Assembly: GCA_951406725.2 (NCBI GenBank) | Contig: OX597829.1 | Span: forward strand, 15,686,001-15,750,000 | DNA length: 64,000 nt | Reading direction: 5' to 3' | Source of the DNA: Octopus vulgaris | Taxonomy: Eukaryota | Shown: positions 1 to 13,463 of the stretch, piece by piece | Numbering within the stretch: the first letter of the stretch is position 1 | How the letters are laid out: the number at the start of each line of letters is the position of its first letter | Made by a program: the position numbers and the translations under genes | The notes under the pieces: model-generated | Seen by the model: only the letters and a program-made list of their open reading frames with translations | Database searches by the model: none | What the model was told of the DNA's origin: nothing

Positions 1-60
<60 letters not shown>

Positions 61-62
61 CG

Positions 63-97
<35 letters not shown>

Positions 98-98
98 G

Positions 99-131
<33 letters not shown>

Positions 132-135
132 ATAT

Positions 136-224
<89 letters not shown>

Positions 225-225
225 C
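1..225. repeat. (TAGA)n tetranucleotide microsatellite
   Basis: Near-perfect tagataga array visible directly. Confidence 0.98.
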
Positions 226-2246
226 ATAACAAATATTTGTGTTGTTTTTCCCTGTTTATGTTTTCGTTTCGGTTATGTTTTGTTTTGATTCTGTCGTATA
301 GCTGAAAGGCCTTCTTTGTATTTATAAATTAATACTTGTATCCTTTATTATTTGTTTGTTTTTTTGTTGTTTTTTTTTGTTGCCGTCTTTTATTTTCCGT
401 TCATTCATATAGTTTGCCATTTGGTCTAAACCTAGTCATTTTTTTCTTCTTTTCCTTTTTTTTTTTCTTTTTTCTTGTTCCTACATTTTTCATTCCGTCC
501 TTCATGTCCACTCACTTATATCCTAACAGCGTTTCCTGTTGGCACCATCAAAATGAACAATACTATCGATAAAGCGTCGAAATTGTGTGGGAATATTGGT
601 TGACATCTTTTGTGATGTTTCTTTGTTGTGTTCCGTATTTTCCTTCGTCGTCTTTCTGTGCAACATTTTACCATTATACATATTTAGAAAGATAGACGTA
701 TGAACTCTATAATCTCACGGCAATGTCTCATTCAGTTCAGTGACATATGAAATATTGATCTCCATATGGTTGCCTGATATTTCGGAGTTTATTATATAAT
801 GATGCATTTCATAATCTTATGGCTGTTGCGCGTTTTACATACCCCAATGAGACACAGTAGTGAGACGATATAATCCTTTCATCTGTTTTCTATCCTGATA
901 TTATGCCAGGCTTTAAAGTTCCACTCAATTTTGGATATGCTTGGATTAACGAATTACGAAGCAAGAGTGAACCTCTTTGTATCATGAACACCCACTAATG
1001 GAAGGGATTGCTTATCTGTTCCTTTGTGTTATACTGTCGAACCGTCAAGTGTGGTATGCTCCACTTTGATAGTTTCGACCATTAAATAGAGCCCCTTCAA
1101 TCTCAAATATATACCTGTGTGTGTGTGTATTCGTGTGTGTGTGTGTGTACATGAGATTCCTTATATACAACATATAAAAATAATTGCATTCATAGATACA
1201 TAGATGTTATTTAATATTTTGGTTATTAGCGGCAGAAGTACCCGTTGTAATTAATTTTAGCACAGCCAACCAAAATAGGATGTGTTGTTTATGACCACCG
1301 TAGACTGCTGTGAAAGTATTTAGAGGGTATAGGTTTTAATTCTTTAATTAAATGGCAGTTGCTTTCAAGGTTTAATTCTAAATAAAGCTGAATTGAACTT
1401 GAGCAAAACAGTGATCCATTCTGGCCGCCGTAAATTTTGTGACGAAACGAACGACCTTAACTAGAATAACCTAATTGGGCAAAATCACCAGCCAATAATG
1501 TGACAAAACACACTCGATACTTAGTCTTCTAAATTGTCACCCAATAAATCAACACACGTCATTCTCTTAAATAAATCGACACCTGGTATCATAACACATC
1601 CCACACACCACATAACAACTATCACAACCTCTGTTGTATAAAGTTGCCACTCAATAATGTAATACACCTCACACAGCAAATTAATCTACACAACCAACAG
1701 TCATCACTAAAACATTAAAAAAATATATTATAAAACATAAAAAGGTAAATGGAAGATAATAACTGCATGTTAATGGAAATTATTTAAGATTGAATAATAT
1801 AAAAATTAATGAACGAAGAGAAGAAGAAGGAGGTAACCTATAGTGTTTTCTGAGTGCCAAATTTATTTTAACTGAAAGTGAAACACAATTCATACAACAC
1901 TTAAAGGAAATCACCATCAGTGATATTAACATTGAGAGGTTTCTACATAAAAATGATGAAACATTAAAAAAAAATAACAACAGAAATAAAACAGAATTTT
2001 TTCACGACAAAGTAACACAGATGTAACGTACAAAACAATTTTAAGAGGTGGTGGTCAGTTGATACAATACAATTGATCCCTAGTTATATAATAATAATAA
2101 TGATACTTTATTTAATCGATCCGGGAAGCATGATAGGCAAGGACAGTCGAATCTCTTCGAGGCCAGCTTTATTTAACCAGCCACCCGACTCTCAAACTAG
2201 CTGGCCTTGCCTTGTACCCAAATTAATAGTGATGATGATGATGATG

Positions 2247-2660
2247 ATGAGCTGGCAGAAACGTTAGCACGCCGGGCGAAATGCTTAGCGGTATTTCGTC
2301 TGCCGATACGTTCTGAGTTCAAATTCCGCCGAGGTCTACTTTGCCTTTCATCCTTTCGGGGTCGATAAATAAAGTACCAGTTACGCATTGGGGGTCGATA
2401 TAATCGGCCTAATCCGTTTGTCTGTCCTTGTTTGTCCCCTCTGTGTCTAGCCTCTTGTGGGTAGTAAAGAAATAGGTATTTCGTCTGCGTTACGTTCTGA
2501 GTTCAAATTCCGCCGAGGTCGACTTTGTCTTTCATCCTTTTGGGGTCGATTAAATAAGTACCAGTTAATCACTGGGGTCGTTGTAATCGACTTAATCCCC
2601 ATGTCTGTCCTTGTTTGTCCCAATCTATGTTTAGCCCCTTGTGGGCCATAAAGAAATAGG
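2247..2660 (+). mobile_element. tRNA-derived SINE (Nin-domain-like family), head-to-tail dimer
   Basis: A-box-like TGGCAGAAACGTT, B-box GAGTTCAAATTCC, central gtcgactttgcctttcatcctttcggggtcgataaa motif. The second unit restarts at ggtatttcgtctg (~2475). The family recurs more than 12 times in the window. Confidence 0.9.
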
Positions 2661-2689
2661 TGATGGTGATAAAGATGATGAGGAGAAAC

Positions 2690-2721
2690 AAGAAGAAGAA
2701 GAAGAAGAAGAAGAAGAAGAA

Positions 2722-2752
<31 letters not shown>
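2690..2752. repeat. (GAA)n microsatellite
   Basis: Direct. Confidence 0.95.
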
Positions 2753-2753
<1 letters not shown>

Positions 2754-2759
2754 CTTAAT

Positions 2760-3490
2760 CAGGATAATGGTTATGCTTGGGCGCCTTTAAACTAGAAGTA
2801 ACATAGCGGGGTTTTACTTACGTAGGGACGATGATGGAAGAGGATTGGTTAGAACAGATGTTAGTGTTATGAAGGAAACTGAATCCTCGCGAAATTGCGA
2901 CGAAAAAAATGTTGCTGAATGAATGAGAACGTGATCACTGACAATGATGAGACCTTCCAGGAGTACAAAATGGGGACTATTGAAAAAAAGAACATCATCA
3001 GGAAAGAAAATGTCCCATCCAGAGATTTTGCAACGAACATCGGATGAAGCCGAAGTATTTTAGAGATGATTAAGACGTTAATTCTTTTAAAAAGAAGGAG
3101 TCAGAAGGATTGATTCTTGCTACTCAAGAACAAGCTTTATGAGCCAAATCAATCAAGTTACAGAATAGATAATGTGGTAAATCCTCTGAGATAGTAAGAC
3201 ATATAATTAGTGGATGTTCAAAACTGCCTAAAAAAAGAACAAAACTGACAAAGTGACAGTGCGAATACACTGCGAGTTGTACAGGAAGATGGAACAGGAT
3301 GGTATGAGCACCAACGTTTTTGCCAGTTGCAGAGATTGATAAAGAAAAACTAATGTGGGATATGTCAATCTATTCAAAAAAGAAGCTGCTACATAACCGG
3401 CCAGATATCATTCTCATACGGAAGGAATCCAAAGAATGGACCTTCATCGACGTAGCTATACTTACAGACCAGAATATCGTGAAGGACATA
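2760..3490 (+). mobile_element. Degenerate R4/Dong-like (RLE) non-LTR retrotransposon fragment
   Basis: Frame-broken KESEGLILATQEQA (~3094-3135) and KKLLHNRPDIILIRKESKEWTFIDVA (~3380-3457), i.e. the PD-(D/E)xK restriction-like endonuclease motif. Confidence 0.75.
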
Positions 3491-3513
3491 GAACGATGAT
3501 GATGATAATAATA

Positions 3514-4269
3514 AGCCCAACATGTGTATGTCAACAACAAAATGAAACCATTGATCATGTCTCCAAGTGCAGTCTTCAAGCGCCTACAGAGTATCTCAAC
3601 GGACATGATAGAGTTGCACAATATATTCACTGGGTAATTTGCAAAAGCCTGGACTTGCCCCATGATAAAAACTGGTGGGAACAGAAACAACCTCCAGTGT
3701 TTGAAAATGATCACATCTCGCTCCTCTGGAACTTCACCGTTCAAACTGACAGAAAGATAGATGCAAATAGGCCAGACATCATAGTAAAAGACTTCAGACA
3801 AAAATCATGCCTCCTCATTGATATGACTGTCCCAATCGATATAAACGTATCTGTCAAGACCTACCAAAAACTGACCAAATATAAAGATCTTGAAATAGAA
3901 ATTAGCAAAATGTGGAACACGAAGACTAAAACAATACCTGTTGTCATAGGTATCCCAGGAATGATAGCAAAAGGGGCTGATTGCTACCTAACTCAGATAC
4001 CAGGAAACCCCAAAATGACAGAAATTCAAAAGATAGTGCTCATGGGAACTGCTCATATCCTACGCAAAATACTTTCTATGTAATCTCAAGTTTTAAAACA
4101 AACATACTTTTCTTATGGTTTTTAAACATTCACTAGTACAACGCTAAGTACAAAACCAGATATATGGCACCCTAGACATAACAACAACATGAACTTCTAG
4201 CTTGTCTCTTGAGGTCTCTGGGTGAGACTTGGAGCCAACTTGTAAAAATGTAAAGCAAAAGTCAAACAT

Positions 4270-4270
<1 letters not shown>
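3514..4270 (+). mobile_element. 5'-truncated R4/Dong-like non-LTR retrotransposon (CCHC zinc knuckle + RLE endonuclease + 3' UTR)
   Basis: ORF 3436-4083 contains C..QNETIDHVSKC, HDRVAQYIHW, LLWNFTVQTD, NRPDII, LLIDMTVP and KYKDL. It starts right after (GAT/TAA)n and ends in (GAA)n. Confidence 0.92.
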
Positions 4271-4302
<32 letters not shown>

Positions 4303-4371
4303 AGAAGAAGAAGAAGAAGAAGAAGAAGAAGAAGAAGAAGAAGAAGAAGAAGAAGAAGAAGAAGAAGAAGA
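4270..4371. repeat. (GAA)n microsatellite
   Basis: Direct; source of the poly-E/poly-S ORFs. Confidence 0.97.
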
Positions 4372-4464
4372 AATGATGATCCCCTTATTTATTATTATTA
4401 TTATTTCTGTATTGCCCCCACTCCGGGCCTCAAACAAAAGAGAAGGTTCGATACGATAATAATA

Positions 4465-4685
4465 GTTCTTTTGACTATAGGTGCAAGGCCAGATATTTTC
4501 ACGGAAGAGATATATCGATTAAAATGAATCCATGGTTCAACTGATACATATTTTATCGACCACGAATGGATGAAAGCAAAGTCGGCTCCTACAGAATTTT
4601 GAACTCAGAACGTAAACAGCCAGAAGATGCACTGCAAAGCACTTTTTATCCTGTGGCTCTAAAGATTCTGCCAGTTCATCGTTTT
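4465..4685 (-). mobile_element. Degenerate Nin-like SINE
   Basis: ttttatcgaccacgaatggatgaaagcaaagtcggctc...gaactcagaacgt is the reverse complement of the family core. Confidence 0.75.
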
Positions 4686-4698
4686 ATAAAATATCAAT

Positions 4699-4760
<62 letters not shown>

Positions 4761-5344
4761 TAATAATGCTGAATTATTTGAATGAAATGATTGCTGTGTT
4801 AGTGAAGTTTAATAGATAGCAAAAAGAAATGTCGGATAGACTAAGTTATATTGATCAAATGGGTCCAGGTTATATATGACTACATTAAGTCTTCTTATAT
4901 ATTGCTTAAAGAAAGGAAATGTTAAATAAAAGCATTTCTAGATAAAAGATTCACTTAGTTTCAAAGTAAACAAAGCGACAATCGAAGAGACAAACGAGAA
5001 CGGCAGAAAGAACAAAGACTTAGTGAAGAAAAAAAAACGTGAATGAAAATGAAAGTAAAAAAAAAATGAATGAATGAATGAATGAGCGAATGAATGAAAG
5101 AAAAATAAGTCTGTGTTTAACCTAAACTGCATCAGCAATAGTAGATTAAGACACTACTACTTCTGTTACTACTAGCACTGTAACAACTATTACCTCTACT
5201 TCTACCATCACTACCACCTACCATCACGGTACAATTACTACTACTACTACTACTACCACCATTAATGTTATTATTACTGCCACCACCACCACCAACACTA
5301 CTATTGCAACTACTACTACTACCACCACCACCACCACTACCACC

Positions 5345-5391
<47 letters not shown>

Positions 5392-5989
5392 CTCATTGCT
5401 AAGCTGAATCTTCGTTGCGCTGTGATTAGTTTTTCGATACATTATCTATAATGAAATGCGGTTGCTCAGATAATTCAATTTTTTCTCCCCTTATATAATG
5501 AATAATGCAATTTTCATTAAAGATCTTTGGCGTAAAATAAATAAATGAAAATAAAAATATAATAACAATAATAATAATAATAATAACAACAACAACAATA
5601 GTAATAAGGAAGATGTGGTGGTGGTGGTGGATATTAATAAAAGCAACAATAATAATAATGCATTCTTAATTAACCACATGTGTTGACAAAAAGATCGAAG
5701 GTTGTACAGGGTTTAGTATGGGATTACATAAAAAGCATATAAAGAAGGCAAACTTCTGAGGGTTTTCTGTTACAAAACCAAACAAAAAAAAGTCACCTTG
5801 ACTTCTAACGTAAGGGTCTTCTCCCAGTTGTAGTTCTCCAGTCTGTAATTACCTCCTCAGAGCAGACCATTCACTCGGATTATAATCGCCATTTTCATTT
5901 ATCTTTCAACGGATTTGCTAGGGGTAAGCACTTCACCCTTTGCTCTCGTCTCCTTTTTCGAGTCTATTTTGTAAAACTTGACGAGAGCT

Positions 5990-8300
5990 TGACCAAAGTG
6001 GAAATGTCAATCTTCAACCATTTAAATTTCACCTCCGCGAGACAGATAAAATCTATCTGCCCTACTCAGTTGGTAGCTGAATCCGTCTTACATATGACAG
6101 CAGGTATTCGACATAACACACAAGTTAACTATGCTGGGGCACTGGATGACTGCGTGCAGAACGTTTTCGCTACCAGGCTTACGTTTCAGGCAGCCCCAGC
6201 TGACAGCCTTTACATGTCTAAAGAGTTTATTTTATACCACAATGCGTCCTGGTAGCACCAACAAGCCAGAGATTTCTGGAAATTATCCATGAGGTTTGAC
6301 CTAAAAGTCTTTCGGTTCAGACCAGCCAGTAAATATTCATCGATGCCTAGATAAAGCACGAGAACTTAGTTGATTTTCTTCGTAACTATTTTTCAATAGA
6401 ACGTTACCTTTGAACAATTATTTTCTGCATTGCCCGACGGAGTGATGACCAGGAACGATTTACGCTATTTCGAACTTCGTTTTGGTGTTTGCTTGATTGA
6501 GGACTGTAGCTGTGTCAAAGAGACGAGCAGAAGAAAAACAATCAGCTATCAAACCTGTCTATTCTCAAGAATTGCCTGAAATGTCACAGACTCAATACAT
6601 GCCTGCTCATTATCAGTCTTAACATACCCAGATCTCCACATAGCGAATGTTAACAGCAAATGGACCGCCTCATAAGTGAGACGTGTTTTTTGCAAAAAGC
6701 AAGATAGCAGATCCTTTAGCCCAGAACAATATTCAATACAGCAAGGCACGACGGTCAGATTACGTAGATAGTATACGCGTGATATATTTTTCTCTCGACC
6801 TGCCTTGGGTTAAGCACACCGTTGTTGTCATTGCCTCGTCCCAGTTCTCTAAATGATGGAGTAGGCAAAACCAACCAGACTCCAAACTATTTAACCAGTC
6901 TGTCAGCGCTTCACGACGCTGTTGGGTGGTAAAGATCTGCTTCTCCAGACGTGGTTCATTATGGTTACTATCAATGCACTGGAGTCCCATAAGGCAACGC
7001 CGGTCATCTAGATCAGTTTGGTGTCCGATACTATGACAGTGAAGTATGCCGGTACAGATCATATGCTAGTTTATGTGTAATGTCTCCCAGTGTCTCTAGT
7101 TTTCACAGCAGTGACTCAAGAGCTAGTACTTACATCAGATACAAGAAGCAACAACCTTGACAGACCGTGTGCATGATACTGAATGATACCCATAGATGGT
7201 CATTTACATTGATTATTGAATGGATGTCTTTCCTCACTGTGGCGATCTTATCCTTATAGATGGACCGAAACTGGCTGCTGTGAGCACAAATGCCAAGTAT
7301 TGGGAGGTGGTATCGCTTTTGATAGCTTTCTGTTGATTCAAGCTTTCAGTTCATCGGGGATCCAGCTATGCTAGGTTCTTTACTCACCCTCACTATGATG
7401 AACTGAAAATGGAGGCTATCGGGGAGAATGTGTTCTGTGCGGGGTTTGTCTACGCATTACCAGTCTACTGACGACAAACGCCCACCCGCTTCGCTCACAC
7501 CTAGGCCAAATTCTTGATATCTGCGTTTGGGAAAGTTATGGTCCGTAAATTATCAATGTAGATCCATGCGCTTTTGCGGAGGGGTGGGATTACATTGTTC
7601 TAAAACCGCTACCGCTCTTTGACTCACTCACAGAACTGGTGATTCTCCCGTTGCTGTAAAGTTCAATGAGGAATTTCAGAATATAAAGCAGTGTTTGTTA
7701 GACAAACCAAAGCTGTCGATTTGCTCAGAGTTGTACTATCTCTCGCTTTTCATACTTCCGCAGCTGCAAATCTGCTTCTTTCACCGAGTGTCGTAGCAGA
7801 CCAGAGGAGATTGGCATTGAATACCACCCATCGATCCGATTCGCAAAATGCCATTAAAAAGTCACCTTTTTCTACTTGGAATAGAGTAGCATGCGTGCAT
7901 CATGGCCCGCTAAAAACCGAATTGCGTCTTTGTTGCCATGTGACACCGCAGCCATCTTGACACATCGAGCACTTTTCATTACTGTGTGCTTTGGAGTACG
8001 CGTTTTAGCGCTTACAGAATAACCTTTATGCTTCGTGTTGAAGGATTGGTAAAAGGCTCATCTCGTTGCAAGCACGTCAGTTGCGATGGCTTTCCTAAAC
8101 ATTTTTTCTAAGTCTCTAACAATGCTCGCCCCCAATATAGTTTTGCCTGTCACTAGTCCATAACTGTCATCGGTCATTTTACTATTTTTCGTTAACGGTT
8201 GTCTGCTTAATATATACGCTAAGCCAATATCTGGAATCTTTGCGCACTGGTAAAGATGCGTCTCTGCGCCCTATTCGACCGTACACATTACAAATCTGTG
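5990..8300 (+). mobile_element. Highly degenerate DIRS-like (tyrosine-recombinase) retrotransposon relic
   Basis: Colinear eroded motifs: RTLP (~6398; RT LPFG), VSASRRCW (6902; RNase H TDAS..GWG), INALE...LVSDTMTV (6970; HIN.LE...SDN.TV), AVSTNAK (7277; DLFA...NAK) and EAIGENVF...VYALP (7412-7462; A..DAF...YAFPP). Many stops and frameshifts; boundaries approximate. Confidence 0.5.
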
Positions 8301-8689
8301 ACGTTTATTATCGAAGTTATCTTTATTTACGTGTATTGAGGATACTCTATCTAGATACGATACGGAGTGTCTGATATGTTGTATTTAGGATTTGTATTGA
8401 TATGTTATTTGTTTGAGATAAGTAGTTATGGCGTGTAATGTTTAGCTTTTAGTACATGTAATTCATTACTTCTTAGTTATCTATAATCCTATAGCTTTTA
8501 ATGTTTGCTATTATTATTATTATTATTATTATTATTGCGAGTATGTATTGTTCTAGTTATGGCGCAGATGCAGATTAAGCTGTGCTTGTGCTTTTGTCAT
8601 GTGCTTGCAGTGTTGAAATTTTCTCCGATGGAGGAAGGGAGCGACGGAGGCGACTGTGGCGGTGACGGCGGTGACGGCGGCGAAGTGGT

Positions 8690-8960
8690 GGTTGTGATAG
8701 CGATAGATGTGTTAATGATGATAGAGGTGGTAGTGAAGGCGGTGGCAGTGGCAGAGGTGGTTGTGGTGGTGGTGGTGGCGGCGGCGGTGATGGTGGTGGT
8801 GGTGGTGGTCGTGGTCGTCGTGGTTATGGTGGTCGTGGTCGTCGTGGTCGTCGTGGTCGTCGTCGTGGTCGTCGTCGTCGTGGTCGTGGTTGTCGTGGTG
8901 GTCGTGGTCGTGGTCGTGGTCGTGGTGGTGTCTGTGGTGATGAATGCGGTGGCGGTGATG
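8690..8960. repeat. (GTG/GTC)n trinucleotide low-complexity tract
   Basis: Direct. Confidence 0.9.
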
Positions 8961-9099
8961 GAGTTAATTTTGATGATGTACCATAAAAAATCATCCTTAA
9001 AATCATCTGATTTTTCTTCATTTTTCTTTTTTAATAAGGACAGATTTATTTTGTCCTTTTTTCTTTATCTCTAACAGTTAATGGGAACAATTTTCCATC

Positions 9100-10483
9100 T
9101 TTTTCATCTTTATCGCCGGATCTAATTCAACTCCCGATTGGAGTTAGAATTCTACGTCACGGTTGAGGACCCGTGTGTCACACATGAATGCCTTCTACAC
9201 ACATACTACGATTCATCATATGTCCTGCACCAGTAGTACACACTATATCTTCACATTAATTATCCGTATTCCCAGATAAATTTCACACTCCGACAGAAGA
9301 CAACTGAAATCGTTACTGTGAGGGCCTCGATAAGAAATTGCAGTTCGCCGTCATCAAAATATCGGGTCTTAATGATGAAATCTATATCGCTATATCGCCC
9401 ATATTTCCCACAAGCACCTTCTTCCCACGTTGGCTGGCATTTCCACCTGTACACACCGATCGAGAAAGCGAGGTAGATCGAGGAATACGTGGACCGAGGA
9501 GACAGGTGGAGGAAAAAGATTGCGAGGGTTTGGCTTCAGAAGGGAGGACGCCCCAAAATACAGGGCAAGTTGGCCAGATGCTGTGAGGGCGGTTTCTTTG
9601 GCATTGAGGTAGATCCGGCCAATCCTGTTAACGAGGTTAAAAAAAACCCGGATTTAAAACACTGCATGATGATGATGAGGAGGACGACGACGACGACGAC
9701 GACGAGGAGGACGAGGATGAGGAGGACGAGGACGAGGACGAGAATGAGGGGGAGGACGAGGATGAGGAGAACGAGGACGAGGAGGACGAGGAGGAGGAGG
9801 AGGAAGATGAGGATGAGGACGACGAGGACGAGGACGACGACGACGAGGAAAATGATATACCTGTAAACTAGTGTTCCTCTGGTACTTATTTTTGCAAGCT
9901 AGGGGGAGGGGGCACTTGTAAAGTAGATATTTTGCCTGATGTTCATTTCTTTAAAACTTGAATGTTTTGAATGCCGCCTTAGAAAGCCCATGCGGTATCG
10001 TTGTCGCTCCTGCGAAACATTTGGCCTTCGTCGTATTAGTGCTGCTACTGCTACTGTTTTGGGTAGTCACATTGGAAGAAGTTGTGGCGGTGACAGAGGT
10101 GTTATAGTTATCCGCTGTCGTAGTAGTTGTCATAATAGGATTACTTATCTACTTTTTGGTCGTTATAGTAGTGATATGTTGATGTTAGTGCTTTCTTTAT
10201 TGTCATATAACAGCTTCGCTTTTATTCCTATTTGCTTTTGCTCCTTTGTCTGTTATTTTTTGTTTTTGTTTTCTGTGTTTTTTTTTTTTTGTATTTTTTA
10301 ACTGTCACTGTTAAGTACTAAGATGGGGGATAATGGTGGCGATGGCAATGGTAAAAGAATTACTCTCGATTTTTGCATTATCTTTCTTTTAACTACTTCT
10401 ACTATTGTTGGTGGTAGTGTTTTGAGAGAGGTTTTTGTTGTCGACACCACTACCTGTTGTGAGGGAATTTCACAGGTGACGGG

Positions 10484-10514
<31 letters not shown>

Positions 10515-10840
10515 AGCTATCGTGGCTGCTGTTCCTCACATTCGTCACAGTAGTAGCGGTGTACTATTTTAGTCATTGTATTTTGCTGAGAGGGAAAAAA
10601 CCTTCAATCATTGATAGACAGAAAGAGAATGACTCAGAGATAAATTCCACCCTTGTTTGAAAGTTACATTCCAGGTCCTCCTCCTCCACGCCCAAACCAG
10701 TCAGAGACACCATCATCTTAAAATTGCTTTTTCGAAACAAAGATTTTTTTCAGAATTTTTGGCATTTTATTATTATTTTTTTAACTTCAACGGGGCAAGA
10801 AACAAAGGACTAAACTAGCCGACTGGAGTCTTGGCTAGAT
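9100..10840. mobile_element. Rearranged remnants of L1/Tx1-like 5' region/ORF1
   Basis: + strand PDLIQLPIGVRIL.VTVE (~9116-9168) resembles IQDLIKL...VVVEGRKPRC at ~52245-52310. Minus-strand pieces at 9250-9420 and 9900-10840 weakly resemble the 51170-51950 region. Confidence 0.35.
9430..9680 (+). mobile_element. Short 3' end of RTE-like LINE
   Basis: EEYVDRGDRWRKK C-terminus-like segment, then a 3' UTR gatccggcc...aacccggatttaaaac and a (GAT)n tail. Confidence 0.55.
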
Positions 10841-10979
10841 TAAGGAAAGGTAAATTTAGACATATTTAACAATGAAAATGTAACGGGAATACGTGAATAA
10901 ACAAAAATCTTACGGAAAAGCAATCGAGAAAGTGTTGTTAATACGACGAACAACAATAAAAAGAACGACGACAACGACA

Positions 10980-11011
10980 TTGATGATGATGATGATGATG
11001 GTGGTGATATG

Positions 11012-11043
<32 letters not shown>

Positions 11044-11570
11044 GATGATGATGATGGTGATGGTGATGATGATGATGATGATAATGATGATGATGTGGTG
11101 GTGGTGGTGATAGAGGTGATGATAAGGGGAAGGAGGAGGAGGAGAATGGTGGTGGTGATGGTGGGGTAACGACGACGATGACAATGACAACGATGATGAT
11201 GCGTATGACGATGACGATGATGATTATGATGGTGGTAGTGATGGTGGTGATGGTGGTGGTGGTGGTGAAGGTGTTGATGATGAGGGGGAGGAGGAGGAGA
11301 ATAATGGTGGTGATGGTGTGGGTAACGACGACGATGACGATGACAACGATGATGATGATGAGTATGACGATGACGATGACGATGACGATGATGATGATGA
11401 TGGTGGTCGTGGTGATGGTGGTGATGGTGATGATGATGATGATGAGGGGTATAGAGGAGGAGAAGGAGAATGGTGGTGGTGATGGTGGGGGTAACGACGA
11501 CGATGACGATGACAACGATGATGATGAGGGTGAGGATGACGATGACGATGATGATTATGATAATGATGAA
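10980..11570. repeat. Compound (GAT/GGT/GAC)n tract with ~160-bp higher-order repeat
   Basis: ggagaat(g/a)..ggtggtgatggtg..ggtaacgacgacgatgac recurs at ~11141, ~11296 and ~11465. Confidence 0.85.
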
Positions 11571-11776
11571 CTGGAAGAGGCAGATTTCTTTTATTTGCCA
11601 CCGGGTCATCGTATAATTGGGGCAATACAAAGACGAAACATAAAATTTGAGGATTTACAATAGAACTGAATGTTAATGTAAAATAGATTTGAAATGTAAG
11701 TAGACTTACAATACAATACTGTCAAGAGATGAAATGTGAGCATACATGGTAAAAAGCATTAAATCAACAAATTTTA

Positions 11777-12270
<494 letters not shown>

Positions 12271-12747
12271 AATAATGAAAGAAAATTTACATTGTTATGA
12301 TTAAGAATGAGTTTAACAGCAGCTACTTGTTTCTTCAAAACTAGTTTTCTTGACTTAGTAAACTCAAGATTGTTTGTAATGCGAACATTAACATGAAAGC
12401 TATTTGGTTTCGCAGAGAAAGAAGAAAAAAATGTACCTGATTAAATTGAAAATGAAAACAATGTTACAAAGAAAGAAAAATAAATGGAAATATATAGCCA
12501 AAAAAATTTCAAGACAAAGATAAATAGTTGAAAGGTATACTTAAAGAAATCTATCTTTTAATTTGCGATGTCGTTCCTTATTTGGAATCAGAAAAACCAA
12601 AAAGATGTTTTAAAAAATTAAAACATAAATTTTTTTTTTTTATATTTATATAATTTTTGCTTTCTATCCCCGTGTTTATCTCATTATATGCAGGATTCGC
12701 ATTTTTCATCTTCTTGTTGTTTTCTTCTTTTTCTTAATTTATATCTT

Positions 12748-12815
<68 letters not shown>

Positions 12816-12844
12816 TATCATCATTGTCATCATTATTATCAAAG

Positions 12845-12945
12845 ACGACGAGCTGGCAGAATAGTTAGCACGCCGGGCAAAACGCTTTGCAGTATTTCGT
12901 CCGTCTTCACATCCTGAGTTCAAATTCCGCCTATGTCGACCATCC
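12845..12945 (+). mobile_element. Nin-like SINE 5' fragment
   Basis: gacgagctggcagaatagttagcacgccgggc...gagttcaaattccgcc. Confidence 0.8.
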
Positions 12946-13169
12946 TTTTACATCATCCTAAACACTCTTAAAAGTCACATTACTCTTAGCAAGTGAGTCT
13001 AGTTTTATACAACTGGTACGTGGTAGATGAACTAGGTTTGTAGACCAGTTGATAAATGAACATGTTCGTTGATAAATGACCATGTACATGAAAGTATGTA
13101 TATACACTTGGTTGTAAATATATGTGTGCGGCTATATATATATATACATATATATATACATATATATAT

Positions 13170-13370
13170 ATAGTTAATCCAAACAAGAAAACACAAAAAA
13201 AACACAACGCGAGAACGTGGAACAAATATAGTATTATTGGACGCTCAGGAAAGAAGGAAAGAAGGAGGGTTTAACGTTTCGAGCGGAGCTCTTCGTCAGA
13301 AACATAGGAAAAGGAAAAATCCAAAGAAGGGAAGACAGAGGAAAAAAATCGCCAACGGTACACACGAGGT

Positions 13371-13372
<2 letters not shown>
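13170..13372 (-). mobile_element. ~200-bp Penelope-pLTR-like repeat carrying a minimal hammerhead
   Basis: Second copy at 16354-16555; both lie next to (TA)n tracts; contains a hammerhead core. Confidence 0.7.
13269..13303 (-). ncRNA. Minimal type I hammerhead ribozyme motif
   Basis: Minus strand reads GTTT-CTGACGA-A-GAGC-TCC-GCTC-GAAA-C-GT-T-AAAC: 4-bp stem I, intact core, 4-bp stem II, loopless helix III within palindrome AACGTT, GUU cleavage triplet. Confidence 0.75.

Positions 13373-13463
<91 letters not shown>

Noticed and set aside
3436-4083. 215-aa ORF as a cellular gene
   Set aside because: It is the CCHC+RLE tail of a truncated retrotransposon; its N-terminus is out-of-frame older LINE sequence plus microsatellite.
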